A DNA stretch of 59,836 nt, filler included, from Catajapyx aquilonaris (taxonomy: Eukaryota): assembly GCA_000934665.2 (NCBI GenBank). It is 3 parts of 3 records of this genome, joined end to end, with 100 filler letters (N's around TTAATTAATTAA, not from the genome) between each part and the next. Parts side by side here need not be neighbours in the genome. Positions count along the whole stretch, not along the records: positions 1 to 19,882 come from JYFJ02006374.1; positions 19,983 to 39,870 come from JYFJ02006375.1; 1 more part is not named here. The stretch is one strand, 5' to 3'. This document shows, piece after piece, positions 12,801 to 25,170 of the stretch. The notes beneath the pieces were generated by a model. The model searched no databases and was not told where the DNA came from. It was given only the letters and a program-made list of their open reading frames with translations. Position numbers and translations under genes: made by a program. How positions within the stretch are numbered: position 1 is the first letter of the stretch; every line of letters starts with the position of its first letter.

Positions 12801-13359
12801 TGTGACAGGACAAAACCAAGACACACATAGGGTTGTAAACGTATCTCATTTTATTTGTCAGACATAGAGGACACTGCCAAAATACACTATTGCGGCGACA
12901 TCTCACCCTCGTTGTGGCTAGGTAGCCCCTGATGTATCTGACATCGTCTGGGTTGGACTTCCTTCGGGCTAGCCTAGTCCGGGTTTGGAACCATCAGCAC
13001 GGTTGGGACCAAACAGTCGGTCTTCCCTCCTTCAGACTTCAGGTGTGATGTCGTCTCTGGCTCTCTACTGGCTTCGTACTCGCTTACTCTAGCTCGCTAG
13101 CTTACTCTCGTACTGGCTTACTGCCTTCCCCTTATTTATAGAGTCGGAACCGGCTGTCAATGTCGCTAGAGTCTCAGGGCAATTACCCTGTAGAGCTCAC
13201 ATGACTTTACTCAACAGAACAGGACGTGTGGTCAAGCGGCTGAGGATGTGTCAGCCGATACAGAGGTTATTGGGTGCGCAAGCTGCCCGGGTTTTTTTTA
13301 CTGGAATGGACTCAATGTCCTCATGTGCAACCGTGTGGTTATGACTCATACAGGTCACA
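12801..13359 (-). mobile_element. 3' LTR of an LTR retrotransposon
   Basis: TGTGAC...GTCACA termini. On the minus strand a purine tract (AGTGGGGG) sits just upstream, TATAAATAA is at ~13135 and AATAAA at ~12852. Confidence 0.7.
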
Positions 13360-13738
13360 AGCCCCCACTATGTTATTGTAAGGCGTGACTCGCCTTCTGG
13401 AAGTGGTTACACATGAGTTCACAGCTCCCCTTAGAATAGCGCTCATGTTGCACTTTGTGAAACATTGACACCCAAAAAAATAGGCTAAGTTTAACCCCGA
13501 TCATAACAATATTCACCTTGTTTCCATAAGCTTTGTGAGTGGTGGGAGATGAAGAAATTTGATATTGATTGCATCAGAGCACAAACAGATCCCACTGCAC
13601 TAAGTTAATTTTGTGGGAAGAATTTTAGGTTTCTTTCATGTTTGTGTTTTCTAGAGGTGTACTTTTCTGTCACGAGAGATATGTACAAGTTTTGTAAGAG
13701 CTCAAATACATGTACCGTCAAGTTATTAGCTCTTGGTA

Positions 13739-14254
13739 TCGTATTACCTCTCATATTGCGGCATGCCGGTGTAGGTGAGGTCAACCAGTTTTTTAAAATG
13801 CTTGATCTGGTGGCTATACCGGCATGCCGGTATAAGGCGAGGTTTTCACATGTTACATTATCCTTTCCGAACTTGACATTTGCCTGAAAAGCAAAATTCA
13901 CATAAAGGCTATCAAAAAGGCCCATTTTCTGGCAATAATCTCTATTTAAACAGTATGTTGGAGCAGAGGGTTCCCCTGTCAAAGCAGGCTGACGATGGGA
14001 TTGGTCACACAATCTCCATTTTTTACATGCACTGTGCAACAGAAGTTGCATATTCTCACAGCTTGTACACTCGCCCATTTTCATTGTAACATTATTTTAG
14101 TATGGTACCAGATGCATTCCAAAAAATTTGGCAAAGATCAAAATTACGGAAATCTACCTCGGTTATTGTAGCATGCCACCCACCCCCGGGTTATACCGGC
14201 ATGCTGGTCGACCTCGTTTTATACCGGCGTGCCGCAATATGAGAGGTAATACGG
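13739..14254. mobile_element. pogo/Tc2-type MITE
   Basis: TIR (T/C)CGTATTACCTCTCATATTGCGGCA...TGCCGCAATATGAGAGGTAATACGG, TA flanks. Confidence 0.8.
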
Positions 14255-14622
14255 TATCACATCAATGCAACATACTGTAGTTGTTTTCTTATATTGATTT
14301 TAAGTCAAACGTAACTTTCAGTTTTTTCCTACATGGTCTATTAACCAGCAGATGACAGCTTTCAAGCCAAAATTGACCTTGCACCTTGAAGTTACCTTTC
14401 AGTTCTAAGAAATTATTCGGATTACAACATCACAATCAATTATTTAGCTTGAATTTTAGAGCTGTACTTGTTGAATGAGTGGTCCTTTAAAATAAAGGCA
14501 GGATATTCATTTCTACGTAAAAGTGGTAGGACTTGTAAACATACATAAATGCTATAGTGTTACATTGATGTGTTAGCCATTGTACTTCCATTCAAAATTA
14601 TTTTGCTTTGCAGCAGGACAGC

Positions 14623-17600
14623 ATGCCAAAACATTTTCCAGTGCACCGCAAGGAGACTACAGAATTGGAAGTCAAGAGAAGATGCCCTGATCAACCTGAT
14701 CAGGTTCGTAATAAATTAAGCCCTATTGCATGCCCTTATGAACCATTATAAGCTGTTCTCATGTCCTTTTAGTTTTCTCTCTGAAAGAGGAAGTGTGCAC
14801 ATACTGAAGCAAAAATACAATTAAAATATTTCCTCAGGATCAAACCATTCCTGAAACAAACCCAAGTGTCCCCAGAATCCACATCTGTTGTGCAGTGGTG
14901 GAAAAAAATTCTTGTTCCCCCAAAAGCGGCACAAAGTGACCCCTCCCACCTGTATGTGTGCTGCTTCCAAAGGCACAGGGCAGTTTTTCCAGCAATGTAC
15001 ACAGGATTTACAGCACACTACAGTACTGTACATGATGAACCTGAATTCATATGTATTGCTAGGTGCCAAAATTAGTTTCTGAGGCGCTTCATAAATTTTT
15101 ACATTTATGCAATTTGGAATTATGTGTTGGAAGAATATTTATTTATTTATTTAGTTTTATTTACCCCATTGAGAGAATCGGCACTCCATTAGGGGGGTGG
15201 AATACCACCATTTTACAGCTCGATTTTTCTGAAAATTTTCTTCACACATGGATGGGGCCAAGGATAGGGAAGGACAGAAGCAGCTGTGGCCTATTATACG
15301 GAAGTGATCACGGAATTATCCTGGGGGGACCGTGGAGAACCACAGAAAACCACGGTGAGGATCGCTGACCCTGGGAATTGAACCTAGGACCTCCCAATTA
15401 GCAGTCGGGCTCCTTAACCACCACACCAACCTGCTTCGGTTGTGTTGGAAGAATATATTGTGATTTGACATTTACTATGGTTCATCCTGCTTAACAAGCA
15501 TGCTACACGAGTTGAATTTGCAGCCATTGCGCTACATTAATAATAATAATAATTATTATTGTACTTGTTTTATTTTTCAAAATGCACCAGGTAGTCATAA
15601 TATGTTTGACATAATGTTAGATCAGGAATATTGAATTTTTGTACATGGGTGTTTTTATTTCCACAGAAGGATAAAATTGGCATCCTGGAGCGTGTCATAG
15701 TGAAGAACTTCATCTGCCATGACTCAGTCTGCGTGGATTTCTCAAAGCACATAAACATCATAATAGGAAAGAGTGCAGTATTGGAAGCTGTGATGGTTTG
15801 CTTGGGCTCAACAGCAAAAAAAAGGTCAGAAAATCTGAACAAGTTCATCAAGCAGGGCTATAAGCAGGCAAGCATTGAGGTCACACTTTCTAACCATGGA
15901 TGCCATGCCTACAATGCAAATGAATATGGAGAGACGATCCGCCTGCAAAGAATTCTCAATCTATCTGGAAGCAACTTTTTGAACGTGTGGTCATTAAGAG
16001 TGGGGCTGCCAGGCAGGTCTGGTGGGTGGCGACCAACTGAAGTGGAGGAGCTGCATGCCATCCTAACAAACCTCAACATCCACATTGACAGCCCCATTGT
16101 CATGCTCAACCAGGAGATTACCAGGTAAGTGTCATCCATGCTGTTGATATTCTTGAAGCTTACCAATTAATAATTAGCGTTTCTTATTATCGTTTCATAT
16201 TCATATTAATTCCATATTAACGTTTTATTGTGAGCCCTTCTGCAGCCCTTGGTTTTTGAACTGAGACATTGGCAATGACATCATATTGGTAGGATATGAT
16301 CATCAGCATGTGGGAAGAATGGGATAGCTACTGGGGAGAATGATTGTGACTCAATGCTTGCGGCCGTTTCCATAGTTGAGAAATGTCATGCACAATCTTG
16401 ATGACCACACTGAGGGCCTCAAATGAGGTTAGATTAAACACAATTTTTGTTGGTATCCTCATAATTTCATGTTGCTTAGGGCAATGGGTGGGAATATGGT
16501 ACTGTTTGTCATTTTTTCCCTACATGCTTTGCTATATGCAAACCACATTTTTGTCACTCACTGTCAGAGATAACTAGGACAGAGTTATGAAACAACATTA
16601 TGAAGTCATGACTTCAAGAACACCCTAATTCCAGTTGGAGTGATTTCGAGAAAAACAAAAAACTGTTCAACCACCATTTTTGGTAGGTATGTTCATTGAA
16701 TAAATTGAATGAATTCGCGTTGTTTTTGAAGTCAGAAGGTGGGGTAAACCCTACTGACCCTGTTCCCGTTCTTAACTCAATTTCGGAAAAAATTGTGGTT
16801 AGGGTGTTCTTGAAGCCATGGCTTCATTTGAGTCATCACTGTAAACAGTGTAAAGACTCACGTGTTTGAATGAAACAATATGTTCAATGACTTACATTCC
16901 AACCATTGTAGCTGCAGCATGTCAAGCTTAAGAAGAAAAATCAGGACCAAGTGGTTGAAATAATTTTTTCCTTCCTTCCAATTTTATATTGACATGTAAG
17001 AAGAGATCTTTTACGTTTCTCTGCATGAAAAAGAAGTTCACTGCCCCATTCCTGCCCACTCTCCAATGTCCAAATTCCATTACATGGTCCTGTTTATTGT
17101 AAATGGGCAACTGAATGTATACTTTCAGTTTACCAGCTCACAAAAGATAATATACTTGTTAGTTGCAACATGTTGAACAAGACAGATTCACCAGTTTCAG
17201 CAATTTTTAAATCCTTATATATCCAGAGCATTCCTGCATTCATCAACTAAACATCACCAGTACAAGTTCTTTGAACATGCTACCCTTTTGAAGAAGATAA
17301 TGGATTTATACTCTGAGGTGCAGAATAGTGTTGAACTGGCAAAGAAGAATTCACTGCAGCAAGAGAAAGAATTACAGAAAGAGCTTAAAAGGCAGGAAAA
17401 GCAACTGGAACTGCAGAAGAACATGGCCTTGGTCAGCCAGGTCCTGGGTGAGATGGAGCTCCCAAATCATGAACTTGATATGGTAGAGGTAGAAGTAGCT
17501 GAGCTGGGAGAAGAAGAAATATCCCAACAAGTGGTCTCAAGTGACACAAATTTGAATGAGCTGAGGGAGACAGCTACACTGGATATGGAGAACTCCGAAC

Positions 17601-17948
17601 AGAACAATGAAGGATTAAAGCAAAAGGTGGGCTTACTTCAGATGGAAGGTGTGGTTCATCAATAATTGGGTTTGTGCTTTAACTTGCTATAAGGAAATTG
17701 AAAATGCATGATAATTTATTATTGGAAACTATTTTTTGTGAGTTCTGGGCTAACCATTGTGAAAGTGTTTTCCTTTTAGCCTGTGAATTTCCAATGTAGT
17801 GCAGGTGCTGTGTCAGAGTTACGGCGACCCGACCATAAAGGCCCCTCGCCAATGTAGTGCAGGTGCTGTGAACTCATGCTAATTGTTTCAGATTGAGTCT
17901 GACCTCAGAATGGCCATTGGGAATGGGTGGGCCATATTGGGGAAATAA
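14623..17948 (+). CDS. SMC6-like protein, N-terminal head half plus short coiled coil; Walker A deleted; possibly truncated (~331 aa) or a pseudogene
   Basis: Exons 14623-14703, 15667-16124, 17227-17626 and putative 17892-17948 are in phase with GT-AG sites. They translate IGILERVIVKNFICH...NIIIGKSAVL...KFIKQG..ASIEVTLSN...YGETI...NIHIDSPIVMLNQEITR/AFL...YKFF..AT, colinear with the SMC6/Rad18 N-terminus. Confidence 0.8.
15137..15441 (-). mobile_element. tRNA-derived SINE family C (conserved invertebrate Deu/Inv-like body)
   Basis: Reverse complement of the 36872-37065 copy: GGTTTTCTGTGGTT...ATAGGCCACAGC, tRNA-like head and A-rich tail. Confidence 0.7.
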
Positions 17949-19603
17949 TGGAAACAATATTTGTTGGGGGTGCTGGCTACACTGGTTACTTGCTTGAATG
18001 TTTGGGTCAAGCCATTGGAGGAGGGCAAAACTACCCTCCAATTGTTATGATAACTACCCAGAAAACTTCATGTGAGCCATAGGGTACTGCACGTGTGTTG
18101 ATTGTTTATGAATTAAATAAGAACGTCAATAGAGCAGGATATGAGCATGATTATAATCAGAGCCGGCCTTAGGGGTGGGCAGTCCGGGCGACCGCCCGGA
18201 GCCCCGCGCCGTGTGACCTTGAACCCCCTTTATAGTGACCCACACTCATTTCACTGCAGCTGAGAGTATCCTGGGTTCAATCCCATGTCCCTCCCACCAG
18301 CTTTGAGTGGGTCCAGAGGGGAACAAACAATGTGTGCTTGTACGACATTAGCTGTGGGGATGGAAATGTGTGTTTTAACCAGCCCAGGGACACTTCTATC
18401 CCAGGGCAATAGAAAAAGCTGTGCCGTTATCTCTTCCGGCAGTGGTGCTAATATATGTGCAATGGAATCCTGCTGTGGAACTCGCATCTCCATAAGTCCA
18501 GCCCCTTTAGGCACAACTATGCACTAACGCCTACAGCTCTATATGGCTCTATAGGCGTTAGTGCATAGCTGTACCATAAGAGGCGCTGAACTTATGGAGA
18601 TGTCAGTTCCACAGCACAAGTGGGGCCCCACGGGGAGGTGCCGAGCCCTAGCGCCTCGCAAAGCGAATACACGCCTAAAGCAGCAACAAAATGAAACTTG
18701 TCTCATGAAAATTGAGCAATATTTGACAAAGTTATGTGTTTCTAATAGGGGTCATTCCATGTCAGTGGGGCCCCCTTTGTACCCTTGATGTGGCGGATTT
18801 GAATGATATTCACAGGTTATGGTGACCTAGCGCTGCTAAAACATTGTACCAAAGCGTTTTGAAATATTTTGATTTTTACCCGTTTTTTGGGGGGTGGTAA
18901 TTTTGAGCCTTTTCTTTGAGAGCCATTTTTCTTTTGGCTGTTTCTCCGCAACTAATCGTGAGACAGATGTGCTTTTGATATCAATTTACTCAGAAAGGTT
19001 GATATAATCGTATTCTATGGTTAATTTTAAAATTTTAAATTTTTGCGTTAGAAATATTGAAATTGCAAATTTTAAACATTTAATTTTTAAAATTATACCC
19101 CTTTATTTTACGCTGGTTTTCACGTATGTTGTAGCCCTACATGTGAACTACATGTGGCCATATCAGTCCTGTTGGCTAGTATAATACTAAGGAAGATTGG
19201 ACCTCTTAAGCGAGACCCCCTCCATATATGTCGTCATTATGATGGGTACACCCAACATGCAAATCGCCCCACCTTGCTCAGTGCAAATGTTGGGATGATC
19301 ACTGGTGAGAGTACGACACATGTAAGACTCCTTTGGTAGCCCACACCCCCCTCCCCAAGCAAACCCATGCCTCCCACCCCACAAACACACCTAGCCAATT
19401 ATAATTATATTGTAGTGGTCCTGTTGGCCACATTGTGTTATTGTTGCGTAGCAACAAGAATAGTGTTCAGTCTAGAATAAAAGGTTAGAGAGAACTGACG
19501 TGTTCTGGAACTCGGGAACTGCCTTGTCTGGCCATGGTCCCTGCTGGTGGTAAGGGGTCCACTACAATATTATATATAATAAGATTACGCTTCTGCTCAC
19601 CCT

Positions 19604-19830
19604 TCACGCGGATGTGGAGACTTGACACGTCCACTCCTTGAACCATATGGCTTGATCGAACAGAACTTCCTGACATTTCTGGAAGAAGGAGGGTCGACTG
19701 TTGTTGATGTACTCCTCTAGGTCATGCGGGAAGCATCTGTGGACACTCCTGATAGCTTCGGCTATGGTAGCGACTAGGTGGAACAGACTAGCGGTCTCCA
19801 GCGACTCGGGTTGGAGGTAAACAGGCATGG
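19604..19830 (-). CDS. Probable terminal coding exon of an unidentified gene cut by the contig end
   Basis: Acceptor TTGTGTTGCAG precedes a 75-codon, GC-richer frame (MPVYLQPESLETASLFHLVATIAEAIRSVHRCFPHDLEEYI...). Product not recognised. Confidence 0.45.
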
Positions 19831-19882
19831 CTGCAACACAACAAAAGTCTCGACATTATTTTGACCCTCTTTTTGAAATAAT

Positions 19883-19982
19883 NNNNNNNNNNNNNNNNNN
19901 NNNNNNNNNNNNNNNNNNNNNNNNNNTTAATTAATTAANNNNNNNNNNNNNNNNNNNNNNNNNNNNNNNNNNNNNNNNNNNN
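19883..19982. other. Artificial contig spacer
   Basis: N44-TTAATTAATTAA-N44, exactly 100 nt, with stops in all six frames. Confidence 0.97.
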
Positions 19983-20338
19983 AGCACAGACACGAGGACC
20001 AAACAAGTCCCTCGTCTCCTGTCGCCAAGACTTCTGCAAGAGCGACCGTTACGGCTGATCCTGCTCCGACGCCATCTTGATCTTGTGTACATATACTGTG
20101 CATTAATTGAATTTCCAATAGTCCAGGGTGAAAAAGGAGTGGTTGGAATAATATAGCTGATCCATGCATCGCTTAGTGCAAAATTTATACAATGTGTTTA
20201 TGTGGGGCCTAAATTAATTAAATAATTGCAGTATCTCAAAATAAAAATTTAGGAATAAGAGCGAGGCATGACAGTTCTCTATTGGGCCATTCAATTTTAC
20301 GTGTATACATGTTTCTATATAATAATATACCTTTTCAG

Positions 20339-20620
20339 GCGGGTATAGACATCCAGGCTCTTGTAAACAACAAGAGCGATGGGGTTACTCAGCCCTACAT
20401 ACTGGCTGTTGGGCAGAACCACACGAAAAATTGCAAGCATTTCAGCGTGCTGGACAGGAATTCTGTGGATTTGGGTCAAGCAGATGCGCTTAAAGCATTT
20501 GATTTTCTCTACAAATGCCACCATGTATTTGATGTTGAGTATGATGGGCATCTGGAGAATTTTTACTCGTTTGTGGATGCATTTTTGTATCAGGTGCCAC
20601 ACAAGAAACTGAATACAAAA
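20339..20620 (+). mobile_element. Exon fragment of a DNA-transposon accessory ORF (SAMD3-like, CMC-type)
   Basis: Acceptor CTTTTCAG, then TQPYILAVG...ALKAFDFLYKCHHVFDVEYD..LENFYSFV. Confidence 0.55.
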
Positions 20621-20779
20621 GAGTGGCCACATTTATTTAGCTCTTTTTTGGAGCGAAAAACACACATTTTTCGAGTCATAGTGGCCACTTTCCTCTCTTT
20701 TTTCGAGCCTAAATTAGTCTTTTCGAGCTATTTCATTTTATTATATTTCACGCTTTTAATCTTAGCACTTTGAAGGAGC

Positions 20780-21092
20780 TATTAGACGAGCATCAGGTCT
20801 GGCCCACCAGCCCTCCCAAGAACAGGTAGATGAACTTATTCTTGCTATGGGAGATCAGGCAGACGACACTCTGGACTCATTTGGCCTGTCTCCAGAAGAG
20901 GAGGCCGATTATGAAAGCGTCACAGCAAAGTTTGAGGAATACTTTATAGTGGGAAGGCACATTATCTTTGATAGAGTGCGATTTCACTCACGAGTGCAGG
21001 AGCCCGGAGAAACAGTGGATACCTTTGCCACTGCTCTTCACTCCTTAGCCCAACATTGTAAATTTGGCACATTGCACGATGAGATGATACGA
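20780..21092 (+). mobile_element. Ty3/Gypsy (K02A2.6-like) gag fragment
   Basis: AMGDQADD...YESVTAKFEEYF...IFDRVRFHSRVQEPGETVDTFATALHSLAQHCKFG.LHDEMIR. Confidence 0.85.
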
Positions 21093-21221
21093 TTGGGGAG
21101 GGGGGGGGGGGAGCAGCTGGTAGCTGCAGTTGATGAGTGGTTGGGGGGCAGGAGCGAAATTTTTCTTTTGCACGGCATCCAAGGACTAGAACAGAGATGG
21201 GAAAAGGCGTTTGAGATATGA
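21093..21221 (+). mobile_element. Mariner transposase C-terminal fragment
   Basis: EQLVAAVDEWL...EIFLLHGIQGLEQRWEK matches the mariner AV..WL......F..GI..L..RW.K tail. Confidence 0.75.
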
Positions 21222-21900
21222 CATTATGACTGATATACAAACTCCCGAACAACAACAGCCAATAGTAGACCAACTAACATTGTCTCAGTTCAAATCAGGA
21301 CTTTATTCGAATGGAGTTAAAAAGAATTTGGCCATCTTGAAGCCAAAGACGCTAGATGAAGCTTTGAAATTGGCTCAGGAGGAGGAAGGTCGCGAGGCTG
21401 GAAATTTCTATCGTGACAAAAAAAACCAAACATGGGGTTTTGGTTACGCATCCTGAGGATGATGTGACCGCGACGTTGGCCGACAAGGTAGCCTCTTTGG
21501 CTCATCAATTGGCAAGATATCAACTCGAAATGGAGAGAAGCGTGGAAGAGGCTAGGGCCGCGGTTAATCAACCTCCACCTGCATTTCCATATCCTCCGCC
21601 TACATTCCGAAATCCAAGAGCAGGGAGAGTAAACTTTGCGCCGGGAACGCCTCCGAGACCACCTTTGAGGTGTTTCCAGTGTAATAGTGACCAACACTTA
21701 ATTGCGGGATGCCCCGTGAAAACCGTGTCCCCAAGGCCCGCAAATAACTTGCCCCCAAGCCCAGTAAAATCCTTGCCTCCAAGTCCGTGTCATCAGTGTG
21801 GCGACTGGCACTGGAGACGCGAGTGTCCATTAAATAGAAATGGTACACCCCAAGGTGGCCAAGGCAGGCGGGATAATTACAGGGCCCCTCCTCACCTGCA
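21222..21900 (+). mobile_element. Two abutting Gypsy gag fragments, the second with two zinc knuckles
   Basis: QFKSGL...KPKTLDEALKLAQEEE, then CFQCNSDQHLIAGC and CHQCGDWHWRREC. Confidence 0.8.
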
Positions 21901-22999
21901 TTTTGCCGGAGCCTACACCGGGAGTTCCACCGCCCCCGGTGACACTCAAAGTTGCGGGGCATGCCATCCCCCACGGGTCCCTGATCATTTGCCCGGAGAC
22001 CTTCAGTGGGGGGGATGGAGATCCTCCGTGTAAATAACAATTGGATATCCGACTGGCGTTGGCTGCCTCCAAACGCGACCCTGGTCGCGAGGCCCTGAAA
22101 GCAGACCATCTTCGATCAGATGAGGGTCGGAGGAATAGGACCCCGTCCGGTGTCAACTACGACGGCCGCCACGGATCAGCTGGGCGAATCCGGCTCGGAG
22201 GTCCCTGAGCACGCTGGTGAAACTGTGACGACCCCGGAGCCCGCCAGGAATGTGGTGTTTCGGGTAGTGGCGTCGCAGTGCCCGAGGCTCCGTTTTGGGG
22301 CCGCTGTCCCGACACCGCAGCCTGGAACAGGGGTGGCCGGCCGCGGAGGGAAGAGGAGGAGGCCTGTTGCCGCCCCCCCGGACAACACCACCTGGGGTCC
22401 GAAATCAATGGCCAGTAGCGGTGGAGCGGCCTCGTCATCGCCAGAGTTGCAGTAACACCGTGCCGGCCCAATTGACCACCACACCGGCGCGGCGGACAGC
22501 GCACCGACGGACGACACCCGGGTTCTTTCATATCCTGCCCTGCAACCCAACTCCGAACCCCGGCGCCTCCTGCTGACATCCCCCAGGAGGTCAGAGTGGT
22601 CCGCCCGACTGAGGGACGGCCAGAGGAGACCAACCGTCATTCACATAAGAGGATCACTGCCAGTGAGAGTGTGGGATGGTGGTGTTTCAGGGTTTGCAAT
22701 GTTTATTTCTTTTTTTTATGTTTCTTATTTTTATTCAGTAATATTAGACGGTTTTTTGTCTTTAATTAACTAGTGGATAGGATTCATTACCCCCCCTTGC
22801 GTCATTTTCCTTGCTGTATATCTGTCAAACACGAGATTCCCATGTCTGGGAAATATACCTATACTTATATTTACAAACCAAAAGAATTTTTGTCTGTCCG
22901 GAAAAATTTTCTGAAGAGGGAGGAGATTTGTCACCCAGCGAGGCCTATACCATTTACGTACGCGTTATACATCAAGCTTATACTACTTGATTTCGCCCG

Positions 23000-23570
23000 T
23001 TGTGCAATATCCTTTTAAACACCTGACACTTAGTCATCGGGATATTGCGCAGTTGAGCAGTATTAAATCGATGACAAGGAACAATTTTTCCTTATGCTGC
23101 AGAGTGCAGTTGCGAAAGAGGCGTTGCGCCACCCTCCGCACCTACACTTATTGCACCATAATGTCGCAAGTTTTAACTATAATTCTGCGCGTTAAAGGCA
23201 CTATTGGCCACTATAAAAGGCTCGCAGTTTCCCATCTCTCCAGTCCCTATCCAGAACGGACACCAGTGTATCCTCGATATGTAAGTACCTATCTATGTTT
23301 ATCTTTTATTTTAATGACTTAATAGCGTAATGTTAAATTCTTAGTACCATAATTAATAACTTTGTATTGAAGAAACATAATAAATGTCAGATTACTGTTA
23401 TACTGGTGTACTTCTTACTCTTTGGGTCTGATTATCGGAAAACTTGAACGTCAACTGGAAACCTGGGCTAATCACATTTAAGTTGATGACAGCGCAATGA
23501 TTACGTAAGGAGTTGCGTAACAGGTTACCCAATGTTAATCTCGTTTTCCTGCGCAAGTAGATGGGGTAAC
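23000..23570 (+). mobile_element. LTR-like fragment
   Basis: TATAAAAG at ~23212, AATAAA at ~23378, ends GGGGTAACA. Confidence 0.45.
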
Positions 23571-23609
23571 AGTCACCTTCACTGCATTTGCATTGCATTG
23601 CATTTGAGC

Positions 23610-24301
23610 ATTGCTACAGGATCATGTCCCAGTTGCGGATTGAGCTTCAAAGATTTTAGCTCAAGGTTAAGCCACATGTATACTTCACACCTTTCACGCT
23701 TGAGAGAATGCTTGGAAGCAATAGGCTTGAAGTTGTTGATGGATAACACTATAAGGAATAGGGGGGTGCAAACTGAAACCAGTCCTTCAGACGTTGAAAT
23801 AGAAACAGAAGTTGTTTACGGAACACCTCTTAAAGGCCCACAGATCATGCATGTGAGTTACTTACACTTACCTGCATGGGAGTGGACAGGACCACAAGAA
23901 GCCGTACCGTTAACAGTAGGCAGTAAAGAACCCGTATGGATAGATTTAGAGGCAAGAGATACTCCAGCAGTCTAGACTTAATCACTACGTTGAAATCAGT
24001 ACCAAGCGGAATGGAGATTATGCCAAGACAAAGAACAAAGTTGTACAAGGGGAAAGCAGAAAAGTGTCCAATGATAGAGTGTGCTTGTTCACTTAGCCAA
24101 TACATAAGTAGACCACCTCACTTGGTTAGTCACTTAAACACCAATTGCATGTATTGCCCCATTTGTTGCCGGTCGTGGTATAGCATCCTAGCTTGGATCA
24201 ATCATTTGGTAAACACTCATACAGAGTATATGAACACAGTATTGAAACAAACTGGTTACGAACACATTTTGCACTATGGAAAGACACAAGTCATTATGTA
24301 A
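23610..24301 (+). other. Two C2H2-like zinc-finger ORF fragments (probable retroelement accessory ORFs)
   Basis: CPSCGLSFKDFSSRLSHMYTSH and CPICCRSWYSILAWINHLVNTH. Confidence 0.45.
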
Positions 24302-24434
24302 ATGAATTGAGGCATTTAGAGATGGGGAAGTTATTGCTGCAACCACGCATGCCTCTCATCACCTTGAGAATGTCACGTACAGTCCAGATAGGCCACCTAC
24401 TCCTCCGCCCAGGAAGCCAAGAATCCGATTCGAA

Positions 24435-25170
24435 ATGCAGGACAATGGAGAGGTGATTAAGCAAACAATTCCAGTGGGCAACAACCCAGTACAGTCACGC
24501 CCTGACCAAATTACGTGCCCAATAGTTAATTTGCCAGTAGTAATTGAGTCAGCAGAATCTCGAGGTGAAGGAGGTGCAAAGATTGCTGAGTTAGCACCAC
24601 CGAAAGATAACACTGCAGTTATAAAAGCACTCACTCAATGCCTCATGATAAAGAACAAGGACAAAACCGATGAACTAGAGCCAGTCATATGGGACCGTGA
24701 AAGAGTCATTAGGGAGCAAGATACAGATCCAGTGATTAGGACGCTGAAACAAGAGATGAAGTCAGGCAAATTTGAGGCAGATTACGTTTTGGAGTATGAC
24801 ATATTGTTCAGAAAGGTAGCCCCTTCTTGGAATGAGAGAAGGGAAGAACTAGTGTTTCAGTTGTACGTACCGACAACAATGAGGCGGTACATAATGGAAG
24901 TGTTCCATGAGAGTGTGTTTGCACCGCACTACTCCGAAAAGAAAACGTTTGAGCGAATAAGAAGGCAGTACTTTTGGCCAGGACAAAAGAAAGACATAGA
25001 GAGCTAAGTCTGTAAGTCTAGTGTAAAATGCTTACAAAAGAAAGGAGCAACAAATAGCAAAGCACCATTACAGGCAGTAGACCCAGTTAATTATGAGGTC
25101 GAACCACGACGAAGTGGCCGGGACAGAAAACCACCCCAAAAGTATTCACCATGTAAAAAGCAGAAATAGC
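24435..25170 (+). mobile_element. Gypsy pol fragment (integrase HHCC region) plus polyprotein tail
   Basis: EQDTDPVI...LYVPTTMRRYIMEVFHESVFAPHYSEKKTFERIRRQYFWPG...C..C, then PRRSGRDRKPPQKY. Confidence 0.85.

Noticed and set aside
19927..19938. TTAATTAATTAA as a biological site (PacI site or piggyBac target)
   Set aside because: It is centred in N runs twice in identical form, so it is an assembly linker.
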